A stretch of 64,000 nucleotides of DNA from Candidatus Latescibacterota bacterium (GTDB lineage Bacteria > Latescibacterota > UBA2968 > UBA8231), in the NCBI GenBank assembly GCA_965200315.1, contig OZ241362.1:1088001-1152000 (forward strand), in the 5' to 3' direction. This document shows positions 8,323 to 17,127 of the stretch, one piece after another. Every line of letters starts with the position of its first letter. Within the stretch, counting starts at the first letter, position 1. Made by a program: the position numbers and the translations under genes. Under the pieces are notes generated by a model that was given only the letters and a program-made list of their open reading frames with translations, was not told the origin of the DNA and did no database searches.

Positions 8323-10245
8323 ATGTATGCTCAACGCCGTCAACGCGCCCTACTGACCAAGGAGTGTCGCTTGTCCACTTTGCGCATTTCGCTGCTGCTC
8401 GCTCTCGTCGCATCCGCCTCCGACTTGCGGGCTGAGCGCTCGGTTGAAGACGAATACAAAGCCCTGTTGTGGAAGACGGCCAAAATCATTCATCAGTACT
8501 ACTTTGAAGAAATACATCCCGATTCCCTAGCCCAAGCGGCTGCACGAGGGATATTCCATTCCTTAGACCCAGCCTCGGAACACACGTTCAACGCCCGTGC
8601 CCAGCTCGATAGTGCAGACACTGAAAGGCTGCTAAACCACCGCCTCTACACCCTCATGCAGATGGCTCAAGCCATCGACGCGAATGCCTTTTATCCGGTT
8701 GCTGCGGATACGCTAATCCGCTTTGGCATCGCCGGGATGATGGAAATTCTCGACCCCTATTCGGTGTTTTTGGAAAAGCGCAATCTCGACAATTTCAACA
8801 TCCAAAACCAAGGCAAATACGGGGGGCTGGGCTTCCGCATTCAAGTAGTATATCCCGACAGCGCAATTGCCGTGTGGAGACTCGTACACGATCGGACTCC
8901 AGCGGCCCTAGCGGGCGTCAAGTCGGGCGACCTCATCACCGCGATCAACAACACTTCTACCAAGGGCATGGCGGCTGGTGTGGCCGCCGACAGTATGCGT
9001 GGCGAGCCGGGCACCTCCGTAACCCTGACCTTAGAGCGCGCCGACCACCCCAATCCCTTTGATCTGACGATCGAGCGCCGAGAAGTGCAGATGAACAGCG
9101 TCTCCCTCGCCACCCTCTTCCCCGACGAAACCGGCTACATCAAGCTCGACAGCTTCCGAAAGGGGTCGAGCAGGGAGGTGTTCAACGCCATCGTCGAGCT
9201 AGAAGACCAAGGCATGGAGCGGCTGATCTTTGACCTGCGCGGCAATGGTGGCGGGTATCTTGAAGAAGCCGTGCAAATCGCCGACCTCTTCCTGCCTCGC
9301 GGTCGCCTCGTGGTCTTTACCGCAGGCCGCGCCTTCCGAGACACGGCTAGTTACGAAACTAGCGAGGACGCCCTGCTGCGCGACACACCCCTCATCGTCA
9401 TGGTCAACCACCTGTCCGCTTCCGCTTCCGAGATCGTCGCCGGTGCCATCCAAGACTGGGACCGCGGGCTGGTGCTGGGAACTACGACCGTGGGCAAGGG
9501 CTCCGTTCAGCAGATCGTCCAAATCGACGACCACGCCGAGCTCAAGCTGACCATGGCCGCTTGGCACACGCCTTCGGGGCGCTCCATTGACAAGCGCAGG
9601 CGCAAGGACTCTACCCTCGTCCGCGGGTACGACAAGGAGTTCAAGACCCTCCTCCTTGAACGCATCGTCCGCGGCAGTGGCGGCATCACCCCAGACATTG
9701 AGGCGTCTGGACGCAGTGGCAGCCGACTCTACGCGCAGCTCAGCGGCCTCTACAGCCTCAATAACCAATTCTTCTACTACGCCCGCGAGTACCGGCTCAA
9801 GTACCCCGATCTGACGCCAGCCTTCGTCGTTGGTCCAGCGGATCTAGCGGCCTTCCGCGCCTTTGCCGAAAACCGCGAGTTCAACTACATCAGCGAGCTC
9901 GAAGCCCAAGTCGAGGAATTGGACAAAGTCGCCGAAGGCGAGGAGTACGACCAACTCGCCAAGCCGCTCAGCCACCTGACCGACGAGATCGAAAAAATTG
10001 AGGAAAAACACTGGCAGGAGAACGAAGAGCTCATCGCTTGGCGGCTCACCTTCGATATCCTCGAAAAAGCATTCGGGGAGCCAGTGGCCGAAGCGTACAA
10101 TGTAACCGTGGATCCTCAAGTGCTGGAGGCGCGCCGCATTATCGCCGATCCGAGCGAGTACCAGATGTGGTTCGACAAGGGGGAAATAGGCACACCAGCA
10201 GAGGACTCTCTCGCCCAAGAAGCCGGCAGCGACGATCTCCAGTAG
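8323..10245 (+). CDS. ctpA: Carboxyl-terminal processing protease S41 (PDZ)
   Basis: YGGLG PDZ loop, DLRGNGGG, SASASEIVAG and GKGSVQ catalytic motifs; true start may be slightly downstream (TTG about 8371). Confidence 0.93.
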   Translation: MYAQRRQRALLTKECRLSTLRISLLLALVASASDLRAERSVEDEYKALLWKTAKIIHQYYFEEIHPDSLAQAAARGIFHSLDPASEHTFNARAQLDSADTERLLNHRLYTLMQMAQAIDANAFYPVAADTLIRFGIAGMMEILDPYSVFLEKRNLDNFNIQNQGKYGGLGFRIQVVYPDSAIAVWRLVHDRTPAALAGVKSGDLITAINNTSTKGMAAGVAADSMRGEPGTSVTLTLERADHPNPFDLTIERREVQMNSVSLATLFPDETGYIKLDSFRKGSSREVFNAIVELEDQGMERLIFDLRGNGGGYLEEAVQIADLFLPRGRLVVFTAGRAFRDTASYETSEDALLRDTPLIVMVNHLSASASEIVAGAIQDWDRGLVLGTTTVGKGSVQQIVQIDDHAELKLTMAAWHTPSGRSIDKRRRKDSTLVRGYDKEFKTLLLERIVRGSGGITPDIEASGRSGSRLYAQLSGLYSLNNQFFYYAREYRLKYPDLTPAFVVGPADLAAFRAFAENREFNYISELEAQVEELDKVAEGEEYDQLAKPLSHLTDEIEKIEEKHWQENEELIAWRLTFDILEKAFGEPVAEAYNVTVDPQVLEARRIIADPSEYQMWFDKGEIGTPAEDSLAQEAGSDDLQ

Positions 10246-10267
10246 GAGCTTGTATTTTGGCGGCGGT

Positions 10268-11485
10268 ATGAAGGGCTTTAAAGGGCCTGTTCCCTACCTC
10301 ATAGCGGGCCTTTTAATTCACGCCATTTTCCTCGCCGCCCTCGGCACCGACCTCCTCCGGCCTCTCTTTAACGACGCATCCCACACCCGCCGTGGCTTTG
10401 ACTTCGGGGTTTTCTATTTGGCGGGCCAATCCCTAGCCGAAGGCCGCGACATCTACTCGGTGTCGGGTGCCTTCGGCTTCCGCTATCTGCCGGCCTTTGC
10501 CTTGGTCGCCAGTCTTTTCGCGTACTTTCAGCCCCTCACTGCATACCTTCTGCATCTCTGCTGCACCGAGCTTTTTCTCGCGGCCAACCTCTATCTGACT
10601 TGGCAGTGGGTCGCAGGACTGCGCCGGGGCGTGGCCTTGTTTATGTGGCTGGCGTTTTCGCCTTACTTTCTCGAACTCTACATGGGGCAAGTCAGCTTCT
10701 GGGCGGCCTCGCTGCTCTTTTGGCTCGTCGTCGGCCTCCACAGCGGCCGGGAACGGGTGGCCGGCTTCTATTGGGCGGGTGCCCTCTTAGTCAAACCCAA
10801 CGCCTTAATCCTCACGCCCGCGCTTTTGCGGCTTCGCGCTTGGCGCGTCCTCGTTTTGGGACTGCTAGCCGGCTTGTTCACTTCGCTTCCCTACTTTCTT
10901 CTGCATCCAGATAGCTTGGCAACCTTTTTCGCCGCCAACATCCACGGTGCTCCCGTCCAAGGTGCCCTCACCCACGCGGGCAACCTCGGGCTGCAAGGCG
11001 GGCTAGTCAGCGTCGTGGCCCAACTAGCCGGGCGGCCCCTAGCCGAACTGACGACTCTCGCCGACCTCCCTTTGGCGGGCCGTGCGGTCATCTATTGCTC
11101 GCAGGCCACCATCCTCGTAGCGGCACTAGTGGCCACCTATCGCGGCCGCGATGTCCTGCCGCTGCTCTCGCTGTGGATGTGTACCTTTTTTCTCGTTTAC
11201 AAAGACGTTTGGGAGCATCACTACGTCTTTCTCCAGCCCGTACTCGTGGCTTTGTACGCGCACTCAGGCTCTCCTAAGTTCCTGTGGATATTTGCTCTTA
11301 TCGCGTTGCCGACGCCCTTTGTGTTCTTCGACCTTGAGCCGGGGGTCTATGGGCCGATTGACCCTGAGCGCACGTGGGGGCCGGTCACTTCCCTCGCCTA
11401 TCGCAGCACTAAACTCATTCCCCTTGGCTATCTGTGGTACGGGCTGTGCCGCACGTGCTTAGCCTCGGCACCCACCAAGTCTTGA
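10268..11485 (+). CDS. Glycosyltransferase family 87 (DUF2029-like) membrane protein
   Basis: DFGVFY, FRYLPAFA, ELYMGQV, VKP and WEHHYV motifs; polytopic. Confidence 0.8.
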   Translation: MKGFKGPVPYLIAGLLIHAIFLAALGTDLLRPLFNDASHTRRGFDFGVFYLAGQSLAEGRDIYSVSGAFGFRYLPAFALVASLFAYFQPLTAYLLHLCCTELFLAANLYLTWQWVAGLRRGVALFMWLAFSPYFLELYMGQVSFWAASLLFWLVVGLHSGRERVAGFYWAGALLVKPNALILTPALLRLRAWRVLVLGLLAGLFTSLPYFLLHPDSLATFFAANIHGAPVQGALTHAGNLGLQGGLVSVVAQLAGRPLAELTTLADLPLAGRAVIYCSQATILVAALVATYRGRDVLPLLSLWMCTFFLVYKDVWEHHYVFLQPVLVALYAHSGSPKFLWIFALIALPTPFVFFDLEPGVYGPIDPERTWGPVTSLAYRSTKLIPLGYLWYGLCRTCLASAPTKS

Positions 11486-11543
11486 TATTAACGTGCCGGC
11501 GTCGTATTATATTCTATTCTTTTAGTTTTTCCTCTTCTGTCCT

Positions 11544-12431
11544 ATGGCATCTAATTCCAAGCACCGACTTCCGACCTGGCTCAAGGCCAAAGCCCCAGGC
11601 CACCCCAATTACATCGCCCTAAAAAACCTGCTCGCCGATTTACAGCTTAACACGGTGTGCGAGAGTGCTCATTGCCCCAACATCGGCGAGTGCTGGAGCC
11701 AGCGCACGGCGACCTTTATGATTTTGGGCGATGTTTGTACCCGCAGTTGCGGATTTTGTGCGATCAAGACGGGACGCCCCCAATGGCTCGACGAAGGCGA
11801 GCCTGAGCGCGTTGCCGCTGCCATTGCCCGCCTCGGACTAGAGCACGCGGTGATTACCTCGGTCAATCGCGACGAACTGCTAGACGGCGGAGCACGCATC
11901 TTCGCCCGGACGATCGCGGCAGTACATCACCTTTGCCCCGAGACGAGCGTCGAAGTCTTGATCCCGGACTTCAAGGGCGACTGGCAGGCCCTAGCTACTG
12001 TCCTTGAAGCCGGCCCGGACATCCTCAATCACAACATCGAGACGCCGCCTCGCCTCTACCCCACCATGCGCCCGCAAGCCCGGTACGACCGCTCGCTGGA
12101 GCTCCTCGACCGAGCGCGCAAGATGAGTCCTGCCCCCACCAAGTCCGGCATGATGCTAGGGGCCGGCGAGACCAAAAGAGAAATAGCCCAGAGCATCCAA
12201 GATCTAGCGGATGTCGGCTGCGCCATTCTGACCTTGGGCCAATACCTAAGCCCGTCCGACCACCACGTACCCGTAGAGCGCTTCGTCCACCCCGACGAAT
12301 TCGCGGAGTGGCGGCGTCTTGCCCTCGGCTTGGGCTTTCGCCACGTCGAGTCTGGCCCATTAGTGCGCAGCTCGTACCATGCCGCCAGCCAAGTCGAACA
12401 GGTGCGAGCCGCCACCCCCACTACCTCCTGA
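11544..12431 (+). CDS. lipA: Lipoyl synthase
   Basis: CESAHCPNIGEC, CTRSCGFC and VRSSYHA. Confidence 0.98.
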   Translation: MASNSKHRLPTWLKAKAPGHPNYIALKNLLADLQLNTVCESAHCPNIGECWSQRTATFMILGDVCTRSCGFCAIKTGRPQWLDEGEPERVAAAIARLGLEHAVITSVNRDELLDGGARIFARTIAAVHHLCPETSVEVLIPDFKGDWQALATVLEAGPDILNHNIETPPRLYPTMRPQARYDRSLELLDRARKMSPAPTKSGMMLGAGETKREIAQSIQDLADVGCAILTLGQYLSPSDHHVPVERFVHPDEFAEWRRLALGLGFRHVESGPLVRSSYHAASQVEQVRAATPTTS

Positions 12432-12440
12432 GAGAAGCCC

Positions 12441-13445
12441 ATGAACTTAGAGAGAAAGGCTATATCCCAGTACCTGAAACGCAAAAAACTGCTCGCCGAC
12501 GAGGGCCCGATCCGCGTCCAGAGCTTGAGTGACGGGCTAAAAAACCGGATTTACTACGTAGAGGCGGCCAATCGGGCTTGGATCGTCAAGCAGGCGCACT
12601 CGCGCGCCCAAATCAAGGAGCGCTGGTGGATCGATCGGCGACGCATCTTCGCCGAGAAAAGCTGCATCGAGCGCCTAGGGCAATTTCTCGCTCCCGAGAT
12701 CTTGCCGGAAGTCCTGCTCGAAGACCGCACGGACTTCATCCTCGTGACGACTCCACCTCCGCACAATGCCCTGTCATGGGAGGGCGACTTGGTCAATGGC
12801 CGCATCGATCTGCAAATCGCCGTCCAGTGTGGCGAACTGCTGGCCACTGTCCACAACGAGACCGCCGGCTCGTCCGAGGTCGCCGACGAGTTTGCATCCA
12901 CTAAGGTATTTGAGCAACTGCGCATTGACCCTCACTACAACTATATCACCAACGCCTACCCCGACCTCAAAAAGGCCATTGCCGTCCATACCGATCGCCT
13001 GCTCAACGAGGGGTTTTGCCTCGTCTTAGGCGACTTGCGTCCCCGCAATATATGGGTCGCCAACGGTCATCCCTACTGGGTCGATTTTGCCACCGCCCAC
13101 TACGGTCACCCCACCTTTGACCTCGCCTTCTACACGGCTGATATGTGCGTCAAGGCCATGCAGAACACCGCCCAAAAAGCCGCCTATTTAGAGGCTGTCA
13201 ATGTATTTTGGAACAGCTATTTTCAGAGTGCGAACTACAAAGAGGTCGAGGAAGTCAAACACCAAGCCGTACATGATCTCGGCTGCCTGCTGTTGAGCGC
13301 GACCGATGGTCGCCAGCCGGTCGCGCTCTACGACGAGCGCATCATCGGGCTCTCGCGGCGCATCGCCCAGAGCCTGATTTTGACGGGGTTAGAGAAAATT
13401 GAGGACGTCACCGAGTTCGTCAATCGGACCCTGATCGACGGCTAG
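12441..13445 (+). CDS. APH/5-methylthioribose-kinase-like phosphotransferase
   Basis: IVKQA, FEQLRIDP, LGDLRPRN, VDF and GHPTFDLA. Confidence 0.75.
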   Translation: MNLERKAISQYLKRKKLLADEGPIRVQSLSDGLKNRIYYVEAANRAWIVKQAHSRAQIKERWWIDRRRIFAEKSCIERLGQFLAPEILPEVLLEDRTDFILVTTPPPHNALSWEGDLVNGRIDLQIAVQCGELLATVHNETAGSSEVADEFASTKVFEQLRIDPHYNYITNAYPDLKKAIAVHTDRLLNEGFCLVLGDLRPRNIWVANGHPYWVDFATAHYGHPTFDLAFYTADMCVKAMQNTAQKAAYLEAVNVFWNSYFQSANYKEVEEVKHQAVHDLGCLLLSATDGRQPVALYDERIIGLSRRIAQSLILTGLEKIEDVTEFVNRTLIDG

Positions 13446-14178
13446 CCCGCTGCAAATCTCCGCTGCTAGAGCGGATGTGCGCTGCCATCGCCTGCTGTGC
13501 GGCCTCCGCATCCCGACGCTGCAATGCCGCCAAGATCTGCTGGTGCTCCGCCAGCGATAGTTCGGCTCGGGGGCCAGCCAGCGACGGCTCTACTAAACTT
13601 TCCTTGATCCATTCTTGCAGATAGTTGCGCGTGGTTTCGAGCAAGCTGTAGAGAATGGAATTGTGAGTGCCCCGGGCAATGAGTAGGTGGAACTGCAAAT
13701 CGCTAGCGAGAAAGCGCCCCTCGTCAGAAAGCCCCCCGGCCATGCCAGCCAGCGCGTCGGCAATCGCCGCCAAATCCTCGGGCGTAGCCCGCTCAGCCGC
13801 CAAATAGGCGTTTTGCGACTCGAGCATCATCCGCGTCTCGCTCAGGTCTTGGAGCTTCTTGCCGTCGAGCAAAAACCCCCACTGCAACGCCCGCTCCACG
13901 TATTGGCTCTTGTCGCAGACAAACGTGCCCTCGCCCACGCGACCGTCGAGCAGGCCCATCATGGACAACGAGCGCAGGGCTTCGCGCAGCGAGGAGCGCC
14001 CAACCTGAAAGCGCTTGCACAACTCCCGTTCCGGCGGTAGCCTGTCGCCGGGCTTGAGAACATTGCGCTCAATTAAGTCGGTTATCTGCGCGATAATCTC
14101 GTCACTTACCGATGTGCGCTGCACCGGGCGCATGGCCGCGGCTGCGGCTTTTTTACTAGCGTGGACCAAGGTATTCAA
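13420..14178 (-). CDS. FadR/GntR family transcriptional regulator
   Basis: LKPGDRLPPERELCKRFQVGRSSLREAL wHTH; FCD domain (DLQFHLLIA, EHQQIL). Confidence 0.95.
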   Translation of the reverse strand: MNTLVHASKKAAAAAMRPVQRTSVSDEIIAQITDLIERNVLKPGDRLPPERELCKRFQVGRSSLREALRSLSMMGLLDGRVGEGTFVCDKSQYVERALQWGFLLDGKKLQDLSETRMMLESQNAYLAAERATPEDLAAIADALAGMAGGLSDEGRFLASDLQFHLLIARGTHNSILYSLLETTRNYLQEWIKESLVEPSLAGPRAELSLAEHQQILAALQRRDAEAAQQAMAAHIRSSSGDLQRASRRSGSD

Positions 14179-14199
14179 TCGCCGCTGGCGGAAAAATAT

Positions 14200-14263
14200 T
14201 TGCCGATGGTCTGACCATTAGCTATTTTGTCTAACAGTACTCAACTTAACGTTTTGCTGTCAA
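14200..14263. promoter_or_regulatory. Divergent promoters with FadR-type operator ATGGTCTGACCAT (14206-14218)
   Basis: Palindrome matches the TGGT-N3-ACCA FadR/LldR/PdhR box; it lies in the 17-bp spacer of TTGCCG(14200)-N17-TATTTT on +; opposite strand TTGACA(14263)-N18-TACTGT faces the regulator. Confidence 0.75.
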
Positions 14264-14269
14264 GAGGAA

Positions 14270-14911
14270 ATGCAGATGACACAGATTTTGGACCTCGGCC
14301 CGCGCATAGAGCTGGTCTCCATGGATTCCCACTGCCACCACATCTCCATCGCCCTCTATCGCCCCGGCCCGGATAACGCCCCGGCCTATAAAGTCCACAC
14401 CTACAGCCATCTTCCCGAAGCCGCCGAGCGCATCGCCGGGATCGCGGACGCCATGCAGATACTCGGGGGTATGGAGCAAACCAGCGATGGCCTACTTCGC
14501 TTCCCCTGTGGCCACGCGCATCTGTTCGCCGTCAAGCGGCTCTTCTTAGAGGCTTGTAAGCTGCCGCCAGCGCAACCCATAGAGCCGCGCCCGTTACACA
14601 TTTTCGACAAAAAAGCCAACGCCACCATTGCCGTCGCCAGCCGCGGGCAGGGCTTGTACGAGGCCCACGCCACCGAACAGGCCCTAGGCGCGGAACGCCG
14701 CGTCACCACCATCGCCCGCGGCCTAATCCGCCTCGGCGAAATGGAAGAAGTCGCCGATCAACCCAACCAAGTCCGCTTCGGCTGCGGCCACCCCCACGAC
14801 GCCCTAATCGGCCTCTTGCTCGTCCGCGCCCCCAACGTGCGCGCTGCCGTGCGCGAGGCCGAAGCCATGGCCAACCGCGGCGTGCTCTCAGCCCCTAGCG
14901 CCCAGGAATAA
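14270..14911 (+). CDS. Conserved-looking hypothetical protein with internal duplication (two RFxCGHxH motifs)
   Basis: First gene of the operon, 11 bp before the mtaA-like gene; LRFPCGHAH and VRFGCGHPH. Confidence 0.75.
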   Translation: MQMTQILDLGPRIELVSMDSHCHHISIALYRPGPDNAPAYKVHTYSHLPEAAERIAGIADAMQILGGMEQTSDGLLRFPCGHAHLFAVKRLFLEACKLPPAQPIEPRPLHIFDKKANATIAVASRGQGLYEAHATEQALGAERRVTTIARGLIRLGEMEEVADQPNQVRFGCGHPHDALIGLLLVRAPNVRAAVREAEAMANRGVLSAPSAQE

Positions 14912-14922
14912 AGGAGTCTATC

Positions 14923-15957
14923 ATGACCTCTTCGATGACCAGCCGCGAGCGCGTACTCGCCGCCCTTGCCCGCGAGCCTGTGGATCGCACCCCACTCTGC
15001 AACCCAACCTCGTTGGCCACCGTCGAATTGATGGACCTCGTCGATGCCCCCTTCCCCGCGGCCAATCGCGAGCCGGAGCTTATGGCGCGGCTGGCCGCCA
15101 CCGGCTACACCGAGCTGGGCTTTGACACCATCATGCCAGTCTTCACCATCATTCAAGAGTCCTCGGCCCTCGGGTGCAAAATCCAGTGGGAGCAGAAGGA
15201 CAACTGGCCCACCGTCCGCATGAGTCAGCCGATCTGGGACGAACCTGACGACATCAAAATCCCCGCCGACCTCTGCACCCACCCCGACACGGCCTGCGTC
15301 ACTGAGGCGATCAAAATTCTGCGCAGGGAATACGGCGACGAAGTCGCCATCGTCGGCAAGACCATGGGGCCTTGGTCGCTGGGTTACCACTGCTTCGGAG
15401 TCGAACCTTTTCTGCTGCTGTCGCTCGACGACCCCGGCAAGACCAAGCTCTGCCTCGACCGCATGAAAGAGATCACCATTGAGTTCGGGCAGGCGCAGAT
15501 CGAGGCCGGGGCCGACGCCCTGACCCTGCCCGACCACGCTACCGGCGACCTCGTCAGCGGCGAGTACTATGAGCGCTACTTGCGCGATTTGCACATCGAG
15601 TTTGCCGAGCGGCTTTCGGTGCCCATCATCCTCCACATCTGCGGCCGCACGGTTGACCGCATGGAGTACATCGCCCAAACCGGCATGGCGGCCTTCCACT
15701 ACGACTCCAAGAACACGCCCGAGGAATCCGTCCAAATCGTGCGCGACCGCATCTCGTTGGTAGGCAATATCAACAACCCCGAGACCCTCTTTGCCAAAGG
15801 GCCAGAAACCGTCGGCGCGGAAGTTGTGCGCAACCTCGAAGCCGGCGTCCAGCTCATCGGCCCAGAGTGCGCCATCCCCTTGCAGACCTCCATCGAAAAC
15901 CTCAAAACCATCCCCCGCACGGTGCACGAGTGGCACCGCGACCAAGATCGCAACTAA
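14923..15957 (+). CDS. MtaA/CmuA family methylcobamide methyltransferase (UroD fold)
   Basis: MTSRERVLAAL..EPVDR, LHICG (HxC Zn site), LVGNI and GPECAIP; RBS aaggag. Confidence 0.9.
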   Translation: MTSSMTSRERVLAALAREPVDRTPLCNPTSLATVELMDLVDAPFPAANREPELMARLAATGYTELGFDTIMPVFTIIQESSALGCKIQWEQKDNWPTVRMSQPIWDEPDDIKIPADLCTHPDTACVTEAIKILRREYGDEVAIVGKTMGPWSLGYHCFGVEPFLLLSLDDPGKTKLCLDRMKEITIEFGQAQIEAGADALTLPDHATGDLVSGEYYERYLRDLHIEFAERLSVPIILHICGRTVDRMEYIAQTGMAAFHYDSKNTPEESVQIVRDRISLVGNINNPETLFAKGPETVGAEVVRNLEAGVQLIGPECAIPLQTSIENLKTIPRTVHEWHRDQDRN

Positions 15958-15970
15958 AAGAAGAGACCCT

Positions 15971-16726
15971 ATGGCAGACATCACCGACATCGCCAACGAA
16001 TTTATCCACGACGAGATCGAAGAGTTCATCGAGCGCGACGAAGAGCGCGAGCGCATCATCAATCTCTTCGCCCAAGCCAGCGAGCAGATGCAGAACATCG
16101 CTGCGGCTCTCATCGACGGCGACCACCTAACGGTTGACGAATTGACCGGCCAAGCCATTGCCGCGGGCGTGGAGGCCCTCGAAGTCATGGACGACGGACT
16201 GATCGCCGGCATGGCCATCGTCGGCATCAAATTCCGCGAAAACTTTATCTTCGTCCCCGAAGTGTTGGCTTGCGCCCGCGCCATGAAGGCTGGCATGACC
16301 CACATCGAACCCATTCTCTCGGCCTCGGGCGTCGATCCCATCGGCATTGTGATCATGGGCACGGTCAAGGGCGACCTTCACGACATCGGCAAAAACTTGT
16401 GCATCATGATGCTGCGCGGGGCCGGTTTCGTCGTCCACGACCTAGGCGTAGATACCTCCGAAGACGAGTTCATCGACGCCGTCGAAGAGCACCAAGCCCC
16501 GCTCTTGGGCATGTCGGCCCTGTTGACCACCACCATGCCCAACATGGGCAAGACCATCGAGGCCTTCATCGACGCCGACTTGCGCGACGACGTCAAAATC
16601 ATGGTCGGCGGCGCGCCCGTGACTCAGGAATTTGCCGACGACATGGGGGCCGATGGCTACGGCAAGGACGCCCTCGCCTGCGTGGCCTTGGCCAAGGATT
16701 TGCTGAGCGAAGTTGAGGACGAGTAG
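15971..16726 (+). CDS. Corrinoid (B12-binding) protein, MtbC/MttC-like
   Basis: FVPEVL cap domain, GTVKGDLHDIGKN (DxHxxG), SALLTTTM and MVGGAPVT. Confidence 0.95.
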   Translation: MADITDIANEFIHDEIEEFIERDEERERIINLFAQASEQMQNIAAALIDGDHLTVDELTGQAIAAGVEALEVMDDGLIAGMAIVGIKFRENFIFVPEVLACARAMKAGMTHIEPILSASGVDPIGIVIMGTVKGDLHDIGKNLCIMMLRGAGFVVHDLGVDTSEDEFIDAVEEHQAPLLGMSALLTTTMPNMGKTIEAFIDADLRDDVKIMVGGAPVTQEFADDMGADGYGKDALACVALAKDLLSEVEDE

Positions 16727-16730
16727 CGGT

Positions 16731-17092
16731 GTGCAGATTGTCTTTCGAGCTATGAAAGAGGCCCCCAATGGCAACCCTCTAACGGGACGGTCAGCGAGAA
16801 CATTGGGCGTTCGCATCTGCGGGCCGCGAATCGACATCCCCATTCGCGCCGGAAGGGTCCACCCCCAGACAGGCGGAATGTCTGTAACTATACGATACTA
16901 AAGAGAAGTGGGTGAAATATGAGTGATGCCCTCCAGTGCAAGCGATCTCTGAGAAGCGGATCTGATTTACATCCGTTGGAAATATGCAGGCTGAATTTGC
17001 CCCTCAAACAGCTTGCATCATGGGGCGGCTTGGTTGTTTGCGATCAGTCGTCGCACACAAAAATCAAATGGCCTGAATTAAAGGAGCTATAG
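16731..17092 (+). pseudogene. Degraded two-gene cassette; first gene resembles a Tse2-like ADP-ribosyltransferase fold protein with internal deletion
   Basis: VFRAMK...GRSARTLGVR..DIPI..GRVHPQTGGMSV, then a shifted frame YDTKEKWVKYE*; an overlapping second short ORF at 16919-17092; AT-richer than flanks. Confidence 0.4.
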
Positions 17093-17127
17093 GCTCAACG
17101 CAGATGCGCCCAGCCTCACAATAATCC

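Noticed and set aside
15791-15970. N-terminal extension of the corrinoid ORF (likewise 35586-35969, 37034-37150, 40333-40668, 56149-56277)
   Set aside because: These overlap upstream genes; the real starts are downstream with an RBS or stop/start overlap.
16727-17127. Possible cobalamin or SAM riboswitch between corrinoid genes
   Set aside because: Some hairpins, but no B12-box or SAM-I core is recognisable; a protein remnant explains the region better.
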